Translations under genes and position numbers: made by a program
Notes under the pieces: model-generated
What the model saw: the letters and a program-made list of their open reading frames with translations, nothing else
What the model was told of the DNA's origin: nothing
Database searches by the model: none
DNA from: Opitutales bacterium
GTDB taxonomy: Bacteria > Verrucomicrobiota > Verrucomicrobiia > Opitutales > UBA2987
Assembly (NCBI GenBank): GCA_965226885.1
Contig: CBDDEL010000016.1
Span: forward strand, 608,001-672,000
Reading direction: 5' to 3'
Length of the DNA: 64,000 bases
Part shown: piece by piece, positions 39,520 through 51,300 of the stretch
Layout of the letters: each line of letters starts with the position of its first letter
Numbering within the stretch: the stretch's first letter is position 1

Positions 39520-42132
39520 TTAATAACGCCAGCCGAGGAGTTTCCAGTAGTTGAGGAACCAGAGAAATTGAACTTCTGTTGCAGTGGTTAGAATTATTGC
39601 GATCAAGCCCATGAGGGTAAAAGTTTCAGGAGATATTCCGATTAATGTCAGGCGCCCCAATGTCAATAAACAGGAGAGGGCGCCGAGGATAGGCAGGTAG
39701 AGTGTCAGCCCGACTGAGATCGGCACGTCTTCGGTCACTTTATAGGCTCCTCGGGCGGTCAGGATGGTCATTGCGCTGATGAAACCCAAATTGGCCGCAC
39801 AGGTGATTAAGAGCCCCCAAATGACGGCGGATGGCAGAAAGAGCGTTTCTTTCAAGATATTGATAATAAAGAATAATCCTCCCACCGAAAACAGCGTTAT
39901 GCAAGCAACGGCATAACCGTTATGGGCCTTGCGAGATTCGAGAATGGAGATTTTTTCATAACGATCGCGGCCTCCCGCATACAGTTCGCTAATGCGGTTA
40001 GCCTGGTTGCGAATAAATCCGATGCGTGTTCGACGCTGGCAACTCGTGAATATATCCCTTTCCTCATGCTCATAATTTTCTCCAGAGATCATCAAACGAT
40101 TTTTTGCGGCATCGAATGCTACCTTTAACTCCTCGCCCTCTTTGCCGAGCATGGCCGAGCTTTTGCCGAAGTGGTGGTGAGGATACCAGGAGTGCCTATA
40201 AATTCCGCAATAGTTTTCAATACCGTTTGCCGGTTGACGCGTCGTTTTTTTACCGGTTCGCTTTTGCTCAAAAGAGTGCGAAAAGGCAAAGGAGGCGACG
40301 TTGTCAAGAAAATGGCGAAAAACTTTTTTATCGGTGTTATAATAAAGAACGATTCCGATTCCCGCATCGGGGAATATATAAAAACCGGTGCGATGACCCG
40401 GCATGTGGCCGGTATGCCAAGCCACCCTCTCGCCCTGGATTTCATCGAGCCAGAAACTCAATCCCATGCCGGGCACGCCGGGCAGGGGTGAGAATTGTTC
40501 CTCCATCAGAGCTTCCGGCCGGGCCAGAACCATTGATGTTTTTTCCGGATTTAGAAATAACAGTATTAACTGCCTCAATTCTCGAGGCGTTGCCACGAGG
40601 GAGGAAGCCGGATAAGGTTTCCAGTGGCGTAGCGGTAATTGCCGGTGGCGACCGAATATCCAGTTATATCCCGCGGCTAATTCCAACTCCGTCTTTTCAT
40701 CGGGAATGAAGGTGGCTTTATTGGTAGTGTATTAAGTAGGAATGGTGGCTAATTCTTGATTATATTGATGAATGAAAAGTCTCAGACAGGTTTCATGCAT
40801 ACTCTTAAGCTTGGAAAAGGAGAGGGTTTTGCGTGTGAAACGACCCAGTCGTTGGCGCAGGGTATTGTTCCATCGTTCCACATGGGCCGTTTCACCGGTT
40901 TCTTTTCCCACGGATCGGTTATGAGGAAAGACTTCATCATAAGTGCTCCAAAAGTCGCTGTAGGTGGCACATCTTTTGTAGGCCCGTGGCAGACGCTCGT
41001 AAAGTTCCCGGCAACGATACCAATCCCGAGGCCCAATGGCATAGGAGAGGATTTGACGGGTGCGTCGGCAAAGAGCGATCCAAACCCATTGGGCATCGCT
41101 CTTGCGCCCCACAAAAGACCACAGTTCGTCCAGTTCAATGACATCATGGCGGCGGGCCGCAAGAATCGTGCTTTTGAGCGGTCGCAGCGATTGTCGTTTT
41201 TTTTAACCAACTCAAAACGGTGTTGGGACTCACCCCGAAGGCGCGCTGTAAACCGCGTAGACTGCTGCGTTCCTGATAGACTCGAAGGATCATTTCTTTT
41301 TGCTCTTCGGTGTATTTCACTGTGGGGTTTTCGCGGCTTTGTTTACCACAATCATGGCAGCGGTAGCGCTGTTTATGGTTGGGCGTCTTGCCAAATTTAA
41401 TGATATTTTCACTTCCACAGTGCCGACAATTAATAATTTTAGTAACCATGCACTAAGAATAAACTGCCTAACGCTATTTGTACAGCTAAAAATACAAAAT
41501 AACATTCTTTTTTTATACACTCCCGCTTTATTCATGCCCAACGGGTGAAAGATTTTTTCACGGGCATAAACGGCGAAAGACTGTCCGGTTATTTTTTCAA
41601 CTGCCAGTCCGGCCAGGGAAATTCCGAAGTTGGAATAAGTAACGGTTTCATCGATTTTTGCCACCGGCGGCGGCAAGTTTTTTTTCAAATAACCGGAAAG
41701 GTCGGCAATTTCCGCAGCCCGAGGGGTTGATTGCCGGGCAAAGCGCTCGCCGATACCGGCTCGATGAGTGAGGAGGTCGCCCAGTGTAGCCTGCCCGTAA
41801 TTATAAGGAAGAGGCCAATCCAATAAATCGCCAATTTTAGTTTCCAATGTCAAATCGCCCGATTCAACCAACTGCTGCACTGCGATGGCAGTTATAACTT
41901 TGGAGATAGAGCCTGCCCTGATCGGAGTATCCAATTCAAGTTGAACGGCCGGATTGATCTTGGCCAAACCCCAACATTTCTCGAAACCTATGAGATTCCC
42001 TGGCGAAACCAACAGAACCGCCACACCGGGCGCGTGATGCTCCTCCAGAATCGCGGTTGCCTCTTTTTCCAGGAATTGACTCCACTCCTCAGGAGAACGA
42101 GTTTCCGAGCTATCATTTTTTTGCCTATCCAT
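39520..42132 (-). pseudogene. Serine hydrolase (beta-lactamase/PBP-like) with C-terminal TM helices, interrupted by IS1
   Basis: SISK (SxxK), YSN and HTG motifs. Removing IS1 plus one TSD copy restores an 1803-nt frame. Confidence 0.88.
40723..41524 (-). mobile_element. IS1-family element copy 3 (A8 junction)
   Basis: 8-bp TSD GCTTTATT. One substitution in the IRL (GGGAGTG). Confidence 0.95.
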
Positions 42133-42238
42133 CCCTAATCATATTGAGTAATAAACACCTCACGGTTCAATGCAATATTCTCAAGAATAATTATTTATTT
42201 GGCCTTTATAGTATGCTGACCTATTAACGCCCCTGATT

Positions 42239-42790
42239 ATGGCTGATTTTTTTAATACTCTCAATGAATCATGGGTGGAGTTTATCAAGGCCCAGAAAGT
42301 ATTTTTCACCGCTACTGCCCCGATTGATGGCAGGATTAATCTTTCGCCCAAAGGAATGGATACTTTTCGTTGCCTGGATGAATCAACCGTAGGGTATCTG
42401 GATTTGACCGGAAGTGGAATCGAGACAACCGCTCACCTTAAAGAAAATGACCGCATGACAATCATGTTTTGCAGTTTTGACGAGAGGCCGGCCATATTGC
42501 GTCTTTATGGCCGAGGTTCCGTTATTTTCCCCGCAGAACCGGATTGGGATAATTACAGCCACCAATTTCCCGATTTGCCGGGTAAAAGGTCCATCATTTT
42601 GATGAAAATCGAGTCGGCCCAGAAATCGTGCGGCTACGCCGTCCCCGTTATGGAATTCAAAAATCAGAGGCAAACACTTATCAAATGGGCCCAGAATAAA
42701 GGTTTGGATGGCCTTCAGAGGTATCGGGAGGAAAATAACGCCATCAGCATCGATAGCGCGCCCAGCGGGTTTAATAAGACTCAGGGCTAA
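42239..42790 (+). CDS. Pyridoxamine 5'-phosphate oxidase-family FMN-binding protein
   Basis: Motifs INLSPKG, YLDLTGSG.ET.AH, IMFCSF...P.ILRLYG, SCGYAVP. Confidence 0.88.
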   Translation: MADFFNTLNESWVEFIKAQKVFFTATAPIDGRINLSPKGMDTFRCLDESTVGYLDLTGSGIETTAHLKENDRMTIMFCSFDERPAILRLYGRGSVIFPAEPDWDNYSHQFPDLPGKRSIILMKIESAQKSCGYAVPVMEFKNQRQTLIKWAQNKGLDGLQRYREENNAISIDSAPSGFNKTQG

Positions 42791-44017
42791 TTGCTGTTTT
42801 ACGCACAAACTCCTCCAGCATCCTGACGGCGTTGGCTGGTCCGTTTTCCTTTTTTAATATATCCGCGACCTCTTCGGCCCTTTGCCTCATTGCGGTATTT
42901 TTTTTTATTTGATGAATGGCTTCGGGCAGGGTTTCGGGCCAGCGTTTTTTATTTACCATAATTCCAGTGCCAATGCGTCGAACCTCCCCGGCCCAGAAGG
43001 GCTGGTCGGCAATGTGCGGTACCACAATGGCCGGTTTGCCCGAATGCAGGGCCGAAGCCGTTGTACCGGCTCCCCCGTGATGCACAATACAGGAGGCATG
43101 GCGAAAGAGCTGGTCGTGGGAAACTTTACCAACGATCAGGATGTGTGATAGCCTTTGCGGATTGGAAAAACCGGCCCAGCCGCTTTGCAGAATGATCTTC
43201 TTTTCCTTGGGCCAATTGTCGATGAAGCGGCGCATATTTTCGGCATCCCGATCGGTGGTGACGCTGCCGAAAGTCAAAATCGGCGTCTCAACTCCTTGGC
43301 AAAAGGTGTTCAGCCGCCTTTCTAATTGGGCGTCTTCCTCGGCCTGCCAACGCAAATAACCTGGGTAGCGAAATCGGAGCGGGGTGCCCACAGAAATTTT
43401 CATGAGGGCCGGTGAAACGGTTACCAGGACCAGATCGGCGGGACCGAGGAGAAAATTTTTAATGCGGGGAATGGAATGGCGCTTGAGGGAATAATCGATG
43501 GTTGCGCTGGCCGTTTTCCACCACAGACGGTTCCACGTTTCACGAATCGGGCGAGGCAGCCAGGCGATTTTTTTAATCGGAAAAGGAGGCGCTTGGGGTT
43601 GGGGCACAAGGCAATGACAAAAGGCCAGCATGGCGGTCGGAACCCCCTGTCTTTGGGCCAGAAACTTGTAATAAAGGGAAATATAAGAGGTTATAAGCAG
43701 GTCGCATTCAGCCAGGGCGGTATCCATACGCTCAATCAGCTCGTCGGCAAAAGGCAGGGGCCGCCCTCGTAGATGGTCCTGAGTTGCGCCAGCGGATGCC
43801 GGGCCCGGTTGAGGAGGCGCATTTGCCCGGCCAGTTCCTCCTGATCCCAATCGGGCGGAAGATAGTGGTAATCCAGCCCGGCGCTTTCAATTTCCGCTCT
43901 GAACAATGGCATTGTGGCAAACCGCACCGCATGACCGGCCCGGCGCAAGGCCCTTCCCAGGGCGATTACCGGGTAGATGTCGCCGGTCGATCCGTGTGAA
44001 CTGAGCAATACGCGCAT
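42771..44017 (-). pseudogene. GT1/GT28-type (sterol glucosyltransferase-like) glycosyltransferase, frameshifted near 43760
   Basis: HGSTGDIYP..ALG is in one frame; TFGS, HHGGAGTT and DQPFW are in another. Confidence 0.85.
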
Positions 44018-44080
44018 TTTCCCTCGCTTCTTAGATGAAAGGTTGCCTGTGCCCGCGAGTCACTGCTTAAATTGTCGGCC

Positions 44081-45019
44081 ATGAAACCCGCTTTAGTCAT
44101 ATTGGCCGCCGGTTTGGGCAATCGTTACGGTGGCCTCAAACAGCTCGACCGGGTCGGCCCATGCGGTGGATCCCTCCTTGAATATTCGGTTTACGACGCC
44201 CTGCGAGCCGGTTTTGGGAAAATAATCTTTGTCATACGGAAAGACTTTGAGACGGAATTTCGGCAACGTATCAGCTCGAAATTTGCCAGTAAGGTCCAGG
44301 TCGAGCATGTATTTCAGGAAATCGGCGACCTACCGGAAGGGTTTGAAGTGCCTATTGGCCGCAAAAAGCCCTGGGGTACGGCCCACGCGGTTTATGCGGC
44401 CAGAGATTTTATTGATGATCCTTTCGGAGTTATTAATGCCGACGATTTTTACGGGCCGTCCGCATATGAGAAACAGGTAGAATTTCTGATAAATAAAACC
44501 GGCGGCAAGGTCCCATCCTGGTGCCTTATTGGTTATCCATTAAAGAACACACTTTCTGAGCATGGGACTGTCTCCCGGGCTGTTTGTAAAGTCGATAAGG
44601 AGAGATATTTGCTCGAATTAAGAGAGTATTCCAAACTTAAGCGGGATGCCAAAGGACAGATTAGTTCAATCGAAAATATTAAGGATGAGACCCAGATTGG
44701 CCCTGTTGGGGATGCTGATGTTTATGTTTCCATGAGCTGCTTTGGGTTTACTTGCGAAATTTTTTCGATAATCGGTTCTGAATTTGAAAAGTTTTTATCT
44801 CTCTATAAGGTCAATTCTGACGGTCAATCGGAGTTTTTTCTCCCGTCTATTGTGCAGGACGCCATTCGTGATGAAAAAGCCGAATTGAAGGTTCTTCCTA
44901 CGAATGAAAAATGGCTTGGTCTCACCTACCGGGAAGACCTCCAAGATGTGCGCGCAAAAATCGCACAAATGGTGAAATCAGGCCAATATCCAAAGTCGCT
45001 CTGGGCGTCTTCGGATTAA
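44081..45019 (+). CDS. Sugar-phosphate nucleotidyltransferase family protein
   Basis: Motifs LAAGLGNRYGGLKQ, KPWGTAHA, INADDFYG. Confidence 0.9.
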   Translation: MKPALVILAAGLGNRYGGLKQLDRVGPCGGSLLEYSVYDALRAGFGKIIFVIRKDFETEFRQRISSKFASKVQVEHVFQEIGDLPEGFEVPIGRKKPWGTAHAVYAARDFIDDPFGVINADDFYGPSAYEKQVEFLINKTGGKVPSWCLIGYPLKNTLSEHGTVSRAVCKVDKERYLLELREYSKLKRDAKGQISSIENIKDETQIGPVGDADVYVSMSCFGFTCEIFSIIGSEFEKFLSLYKVNSDGQSEFFLPSIVQDAIRDEKAELKVLPTNEKWLGLTYREDLQDVRAKIAQMVKSGQYPKSLWASSD

Positions 45020-45732
45020 GCTTCCACAAAGAGGGCGATTCCGGTGGCGTTGTCCGGCCCGCCCCGATCATTGGCAATCTCGATCAGTTTCATGACCAAA
45101 TCTTTGGGGTTGGGCGAATGCATGGATTCCTGATGTATTTCTTCCTCCGTCATCGTTTTGGTGATGCCGTCGCTACAGATCAGGAAGCGGTCCCCGGGCC
45201 GGGGGCTGAATTTATAAACGTCGGTTTTGAGCTCGCCTATTTGGCCGATACAGCGGGTCAGGGTGTGCGAAAAATATTCCGGTATGTAAACATCTTCCCC
45301 GGGGGTCAGGCGAGCCCGCATCTCTTCTTCCATGGTGTGGTCGGTAGTCAATTGAATCCATGATTTGCGGCGAAAAAGAAGCACCGCCGAATCGCCCACA
45401 TGGCCGATGACGACATGCTTGGAATTGAATCGCAAAACCGTCAGGGTGGTTCCAATTCCGATCTCCTTGTTTATCTTTAGACCTTCCTCGCAAACCTTCT
45501 GGTTGATGGAGTCAAAGAGGTTTTGATAATCCATATTTTTGGGGAAATTATTCGTCTTAATGGCTTCCTCAAGGTATTGGATGGCCAAATTGCTGGCCGT
45601 TTTCCCCGCCGGTAAGCCGCCCAGCCCATCGGCCACAGCATAAATACAATAGCGGTCGTTAACGAGATACATGTCCTCGTTTTGTTTCCGTACTTTACCT
45701 TGGTCGGAATGCCCGAAACTGGATATATTCAT
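45016..45732 (-). CDS. PP2C-family Ser/Thr phosphatase
   Basis: Motifs R..NED, VADGLGG, GTT, VGDS, CSDG, GG.DN.T. Confidence 0.92.
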   Translation of the reverse strand: MNISSFGHSDQGKVRKQNEDMYLVNDRYCIYAVADGLGGLPAGKTASNLAIQYLEEAIKTNNFPKNMDYQNLFDSINQKVCEEGLKINKEIGIGTTLTVLRFNSKHVVIGHVGDSAVLLFRRKSWIQLTTDHTMEEEMRARLTPGEDVYIPEYFSHTLTRCIGQIGELKTDVYKFSPRPGDRFLICSDGITKTMTEEEIHQESMHSPNPKDLVMKLIEIANDRGGPDNATGIALFVEA

Positions 45733-45974
45733 ATAATAGACGAGTTGGGACAAAGCCAATGCTTCCCAATCCCTGTGCCGATTTCTTCAACTTCAATGAA
45801 TAAAAATAATAAACAATCCCCATAGAGGGATTCGACAATCGGCCTTTAAAAAGATAACACATGCTATCAAATTTTTTTTAAATCTCAATTCAAATCTACG
45901 CCTCAACAGCAATTTCTTTTGCACCTCTTTCAAACCCCCACTCAACATCGCCAACATCGGTTTTGGGATAGATC

Positions 45975-48041
45975 CTAATCCACCTGCAAGGGCCGAAAAA
46001 CGGCTTCCTTGTCGGTCCGTCGAAAGGTGATGTAGTTGCTTCGCGGTAGGACGGCTAAAAACCGCCTCCCATACTCCCGCTGCAAGAGTCGCGAATCAAG
46101 CAGTGTGACAGTTCCCTGGTCCGTTTTTTTACGGATCAAACGGCCGATTCCCTGGCGGAATTTTATCAAGGCTTCCGGCAAGGTTATGTCTTTGAAAGGA
46201 TGGCCTCCCCGCGATCGAACCCATTCGGATTTGGCCTCGACCACAGGATGGGAAGGGTTTTCAAAGGGAAGCCGGGTCAAAATAACCTGGGAAAGCGCCG
46301 GTCCGGGAATATCGACGCCCGTCCAGAAACTGTCCGTCCCGAAGAGGACACCATTTCCGGCCTCGTAAAAACCCTTCGCCAGATCCGCCCTGGAACCATC
46401 CCTGCCATGGAGGAAAAAGGGACGTTTCTGTTTCATCAGAGAATCTTCCACTTTTTGGGCAACCCGGCGCATGTCGTTGTGGCTAGTAAAGAGAACCAAG
46501 CTTCCACCCTCTACTTTTAGAGCGCAAAAGGCAATCATGTCGGCCAGGTAATCGATGTCCAGGCGGGCATTTTCCCGCGATGGCGCAGGGGCGTCGGCAG
46601 CGACGAATATGCGTATGCATTTTTCATAATCGAAGGGTGAGGCGACTCGTTCGGCCGTCTGCCCGTCGGCCCCAACTTTTTCCATAAAATGGCCCATATC
46701 CTCACCTTCGCCCAAGGTGGCGCTGGTCAAAAGGACGGATGTCCGACGGGTAAACAAATGCTCCCGGAGTACCTCGCCCACGTCGACGGGGGCGGCCCTC
46801 AAGGCGAGATTGCGCCTTCGTTTACCCCGGTCTTCCATCCAGTAAACATGGTCGTTCTCTTCTGCCCGGAGACAAACCTCCAGAGCCATGCGGCATGAAT
46901 TGAGGCGGTCCCGAAGGTCCAGCAAGTCGTCCCGCTGCGGTCCTGTATCCAGTCTGTCGGCCGCCCCTGCCGTTCGTTGGGCTAAGTTCTGCAGGTTTGG
47001 GGCCAGAGAATTGGTTTTCAAGGCATATTCTCGAATCCGCACCACTTTTTTATCGCCCAAATACTTATCCTGCAGATCATCGAAAAAGATTTTTGCCAGG
47101 GGAATGGTTTTTTCCACCGTTTTGCAGTCGTCTCCCCGTCCATAAAGACTGAAAAGACCTTTTCTGCGGCGAGGGTTGTAGAGGCGTTTAAGGAGTCTGT
47201 CTATGGCGATCTCGCTGATGTGCCAGCCGAATTGTTCCGAAGCCACCTTGGTCAGGGTCTGGGCTTCATCAAGCACGGCAAAGTCGTCGGGGAAAAGGAT
47301 GCCTGGGGCTTTATTTCCAGCCCCGGCCCCGGCGTTGAGCAGGGAAAATAGCAAACTGTGATTGACGATGACGATTTGGGCCTGCCTCAGCCGGGACCGC
47401 GCTTTTTGAAAAAAACAGGTTTGCGGGTTGCAATTGCGGGGATTGCAGGCGGCCGATTCGGCGCTTACCCATTCCCATACTTCCGGCGAGAGAGCCGGAT
47501 GCAATTCGTGTAAAAGCCCCGTTTGGGTCTGCCCGGCCCAGTGACAAACCCTTTCCAATTCCTCTTGCGCCAAGGATCGAAACAAATCCGCCTTGCTGGC
47601 GATAGCCTGCGCCAATCGCGTGCCGCACAAATAATTCCCGCGCCCGACCAGCAAGGCCGATTTAAAATTCCGGTATTTTTCCAGTTCCGGCACACAACTA
47701 AAGAGTTCCCGGCAAAGGGGGAGGTCTTTATTTTGGATTTGTTCCTGCAGGGAAATGGTGTGGGTGGATACGATGCATTGGCGTTCGGCATCGGCGGCCC
47801 GCAGAATTGCCGGGACCAGATAGGCCAGGCTCTTGCCCACGCCGGTGCCCGCTTCAAAGAGGAGCGGGTTGTCGGTGGCAAAGGATTGGGCGGCGGCAAC
47901 GGCCATCTGTTCCTGCTGCGGCCGGTGCTCCAGTTCCAGGGCGGTGCAAAGCCAGCCGTCGGGACGAAAAATTTCTTCCATCCGCCTGGGCAGCGAGCTT
48001 GCTTTTTCTCCGCTTTCAAAAGCCTCTTTAAGCGCAATCAT
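45975..48041 (-). CDS. DinG/YoaA-family ATP-dependent helicase
   Basis: Motifs EAGTGVGKS, GR.NYLC plus Cys cluster, DEA, TSATL, FW.GVD.PG, QGIGRLIR. Confidence 0.92.
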   Translation of the reverse strand: MIALKEAFESGEKASSLPRRMEEIFRPDGWLCTALELEHRPQQEQMAVAAAQSFATDNPLLFEAGTGVGKSLAYLVPAILRAADAERQCIVSTHTISLQEQIQNKDLPLCRELFSCVPELEKYRNFKSALLVGRGNYLCGTRLAQAIASKADLFRSLAQEELERVCHWAGQTQTGLLHELHPALSPEVWEWVSAESAACNPRNCNPQTCFFQKARSRLRQAQIVIVNHSLLFSLLNAGAGAGNKAPGILFPDDFAVLDEAQTLTKVASEQFGWHISEIAIDRLLKRLYNPRRRKGLFSLYGRGDDCKTVEKTIPLAKIFFDDLQDKYLGDKKVVRIREYALKTNSLAPNLQNLAQRTAGAADRLDTGPQRDDLLDLRDRLNSCRMALEVCLRAEENDHVYWMEDRGKRRRNLALRAAPVDVGEVLREHLFTRRTSVLLTSATLGEGEDMGHFMEKVGADGQTAERVASPFDYEKCIRIFVAADAPAPSRENARLDIDYLADMIAFCALKVEGGSLVLFTSHNDMRRVAQKVEDSLMKQKRPFFLHGRDGSRADLAKGFYEAGNGVLFGTDSFWTGVDIPGPALSQVILTRLPFENPSHPVVEAKSEWVRSRGGHPFKDITLPEALIKFRQGIGRLIRKKTDQGTVTLLDSRLLQREYGRRFLAVLPRSNYITFRRTDKEAVFRPLQVD

Positions 48042-48087
48042 GGACAGAGAAACTTTGCCCGGAAGGAAAAAAATACAACAAGGTTTT

Positions 48088-49620
48088 TTAAAGCAGGTAG
48101 CTGAGGGCTCCCTGGTAGAAGCCGAGGAGGAGGGTTCCTGCGGTCAGGCAGCCCAGGACAATGCGGTGGTCACTGGAGTTGGCGGGGTTCAGACTGGCGG
48201 GTTGATCTTCTTCTATTTTCATTCCTGTTTCTGTTACCAAACGCGGCACGAGGTAGGCTTCCATAATCCAGCCGAAATAATAATAAATGGACATGACCAC
48301 ACCGATTACGGCCACACCCAGCAATCCGTAAAGCCCGGCCTGAAAAGCGGCGATAAAAATGAGCAGTTTCCCTATGAAACCGGCCAGAGGTGGTACTCCG
48401 GCCAGAGAACCCAGCCCGATAACGAGAACCGTCCCGTTAAAGGGATTCTGGCGGGCGAGGCCCTTGAAGTCGTCGAGCGTCAGTTCGGCATCTTCGAGGG
48501 GCCCTATATTGTTCATCACGCCGAAGACGGCGAAAGCGGCCATCAGGTAGGTAAAGAGGTAAAAAATAACTGCGTTGGCAGCCCAGGGAACTTCGAATGA
48601 GGCGACCACCCCGATGAGCAGATAACCGGCGTGGGCGATGCCGGACAATCCTATCAGCCGCTTTACATTTCTCTCGGAAAGAGCGCCCAGATTACCGAAC
48701 AAAATGGTCAATATGGCGATGGCCCCGAGCATAGGAACAAGGACGCTGCCCAGGGGCGCGAACGGGCCTTGCACGAGGTTGATCAAAACGGCGAAGCCCC
48801 CGGCCTTGGAGGCTACGGCGAGAAATGAAGTGATTGGGGTGGGAGAGCCTTGGTAAACGTCGGGAATCCATATTTGAAAAGGAACCGCGCCGATCTTGAA
48901 GGCAACTCCGCACAGAACGAGGACGGCACCGGCCAGAACCAGCAAATTATTGGGATTGGCCTCGATAAAACCCTGGAGGGAGGCAAAGTTCATGGGATCC
49001 CCGCTCGATCCCGGTAGCTCGGGATTCCCACCTGCTCCGTATAATAGAACGATCCCGAAAAGTAAAATGGCTGAACTGAAAGCGCCCAAAATGAGGTATT
49101 TCAGCCCTGCTTCGAGGGAATAAAGGCTGTCCCGCGAATAACTGACCAGGATGTAAAAACCGACCGTGACGGTTTCCAGGGCGACAAAGAGAAGGATAAA
49201 GTTATGGCTTTGGACCAGTAACATGAGGCCGGCCGTAACGATCAAAATCAAATGGAAAAGCTCCACCTTTGGGAGCCCCCTGCGCTCCGCGTATTGGTTG
49301 CCGAAATGGCAGACCAGCAGCGAGCACAGGAGAAAAAAGAACCGCATGGCGTCCCCACGTATCGAATGTATTAAAAGCCCGTTAAAAGTAATCTGATCGC
49401 CCAAACCGCTAAAAATCGAGGTATAAGCGACTCCCAAAATGAGGATGCCCGCCTGTCCCCAAAGGGCGATCCTGGGAATGAGCGCCCATCGCTCCCGGGG
49501 AAGGATCAATTCCATCGCCAGGAGCAGCAAAGCCAATACCCCGAGAGCTATTTCGGGCAGAATCGACAACCAGGTATTATCCCGGGCGATCTCCGCATAG
49601 ACTGCCATTCGATCATTCAT
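48088..49620 (-). CDS. nuoN: NADH-quinone oxidoreductase subunit N
   Basis: Motifs EAGLKY and FKIGAVPF..W.PDVYQG; operon order. Confidence 0.95.
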   Translation of the reverse strand: MNDRMAVYAEIARDNTWLSILPEIALGVLALLLLAMELILPRERWALIPRIALWGQAGILILGVAYTSIFSGLGDQITFNGLLIHSIRGDAMRFFFLLCSLLVCHFGNQYAERRGLPKVELFHLILIVTAGLMLLVQSHNFILLFVALETVTVGFYILVSYSRDSLYSLEAGLKYLILGAFSSAILLFGIVLLYGAGGNPELPGSSGDPMNFASLQGFIEANPNNLLVLAGAVLVLCGVAFKIGAVPFQIWIPDVYQGSPTPITSFLAVASKAGGFAVLINLVQGPFAPLGSVLVPMLGAIAILTILFGNLGALSERNVKRLIGLSGIAHAGYLLIGVVASFEVPWAANAVIFYLFTYLMAAFAVFGVMNNIGPLEDAELTLDDFKGLARQNPFNGTVLVIGLGSLAGVPPLAGFIGKLLIFIAAFQAGLYGLLGVAVIGVVMSIYYYFGWIMEAYLVPRLVTETGMKIEEDQPASLNPANSSDHRIVLGCLTAGTLLLGFYQGALSYLL

Positions 49621-51256
49621 TGTTTAAATCCATAGTCAGTTGGCGCATGTTTTCAGAAGAGATAATTTCAGTTACGGTCATGGGAGCGTTTGCCTCATAG
49701 AGCGAGTGAAGGGCGTCATTAAGACTGTCGGAAATCGCCCGGGGCCAAAATCCTATCAGGAGCAGCGCCACCAGCAGAATCAAAGCGGGCAGGCGCTCGC
49801 ACAGCCGGATGTCGCTCATCCGTTCGAAACCGTCATTTCCTTTAACCGCCTCCGAGTATTCGCCAAAAAAAATGCTGCGGGCCGCCCTCAACCCATAGAG
49901 AGCCGATATTAAGATTCCCGTCACGGCCGGGAAAATGAGCCAGGTTTTAAAATTCCAAATCCCGATGAAAATTCCGATTTCACCCCAGAAATTGGCAAAA
50001 CCGGGCAGCCCCGCATTGGCCATGACGGCCATGACAAAGAAGCAGGCCAAGAGGGGCGTTTTCCGGCAAAGGCCGCCCATTTCGTGCATCTCGCAAGTTC
50101 CGCTCCGCTGATATATACAGTCCGACAAGAGGAAAAGAAGGGCCACCGAAAGTCCGTGGGCAAACATCATGAGGACCGCCCCCCCCACGCCGATAACTGA
50201 CAAACAGGCAATGCCCAGAAACGCGTAGCCCATGTGCATGACCGAGCTGTAACCGATCATTTGCTTGAGGTCCCGCTGCCCCACCGTGGCCAGGCCGATG
50301 AGGATGATATTTCCCAGCGCCAGCCAGATGAGCAGCCCCGTCCACTGGCTCGCCCCAAGTGGCAGTAGCGGTGCGCCGATCTGAATGAGCCCGTAAAGCC
50401 CGAATTTCTTAAGGACGCCCGCGTGCATCATGGCTACGGAGGCGGGGGCGGCCCCATACGCTCGCGGAGCCCAACTGTGAAAGGGCCACAACGACACCAA
50501 TATACCAAAGCCAAATAGCAGGAGGGCAAATATTTTATCCTGGATTATGGCCGTAAATGGTTGCTCCTGGAAATAGGCCCGTAGCGAGACGATGTCGAAG
50601 GACTTTAAACCGCTGCCGCTGTAGTAAAGAGCCAGCAATCCGAGGAGTGAAATGAGTGCCCCCAAAGTCAGGTAAATGGCCATTTCCATGGCCGCCGGGC
50701 GTTTGCCTTTGCCCCCCCATACGGCGATCGTTATGAAGGTCGGGATGAGGGCGATTTCATGAAAAAAATAGAAGAAGAAAATATCGATGGAGGCGAAAAT
50801 CCCCATCAGGCCGCCCTGTATGAACAGGAGCAGGATGAGGTAATGGCGCAGGCGCTCCAGGTTGGAATAAATAGCGTAAATTCCGGCCGCCAATCCGACG
50901 ATCCCGGCCAACAGATAGAGCGGCAAGGAAATCCCGTTGAGGCCCAGCTTGAGGCTGATGCCGAAGTTTTCCAGGCCCGTCGCCGTGTCAGAGACAAAGG
51001 CAAAGCCGATATACCGGGCGCTCGAATAAACATACCAGAGCCAAACCGAGATGACGAATGGAACAATGAATCCGGCCAGCGCCAAAGCCCGGTAGTATTT
51101 GCCGCTCAATCCACCCGCCGCCAGGAGGACGAAAGCGATTATCAAGGGCGTATTGATGGAAATTAGCAATAGCGAGGCATTGAGGGCCATACCACGAAAA
51201 ATCACGAGGTCGAGGAGGCCGTCCAGGGCATTGACGATATATTGAAGAATTTCCAT
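49613..51256 (-). CDS. nuoM: NADH-quinone oxidoreductase subunit M
   Basis: Motifs P.HSW.P.AY..AP, YSS..HMG, GLPG...F.GE. Confidence 0.93.
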   Translation of the reverse strand: MEILQYIVNALDGLLDLVIFRGMALNASLLLISINTPLIIAFVLLAAGGLSGKYYRALALAGFIVPFVISVWLWYVYSSARYIGFAFVSDTATGLENFGISLKLGLNGISLPLYLLAGIVGLAAGIYAIYSNLERLRHYLILLLFIQGGLMGIFASIDIFFFYFFHEIALIPTFITIAVWGGKGKRPAAMEMAIYLTLGALISLLGLLALYYSGSGLKSFDIVSLRAYFQEQPFTAIIQDKIFALLLFGFGILVSLWPFHSWAPRAYGAAPASVAMMHAGVLKKFGLYGLIQIGAPLLPLGASQWTGLLIWLALGNIILIGLATVGQRDLKQMIGYSSVMHMGYAFLGIACLSVIGVGGAVLMMFAHGLSVALLFLLSDCIYQRSGTCEMHEMGGLCRKTPLLACFFVMAVMANAGLPGFANFWGEIGIFIGIWNFKTWLIFPAVTGILISALYGLRAARSIFFGEYSEAVKGNDGFERMSDIRLCERLPALILLVALLLIGFWPRAISDSLNDALHSLYEANAPMTVTEIISSENMRQLTMDLNNE

Positions 51257-51300
51257 TGGGAAAACGTTATCTCTTTAATTCATAAAAATAATACCAATAC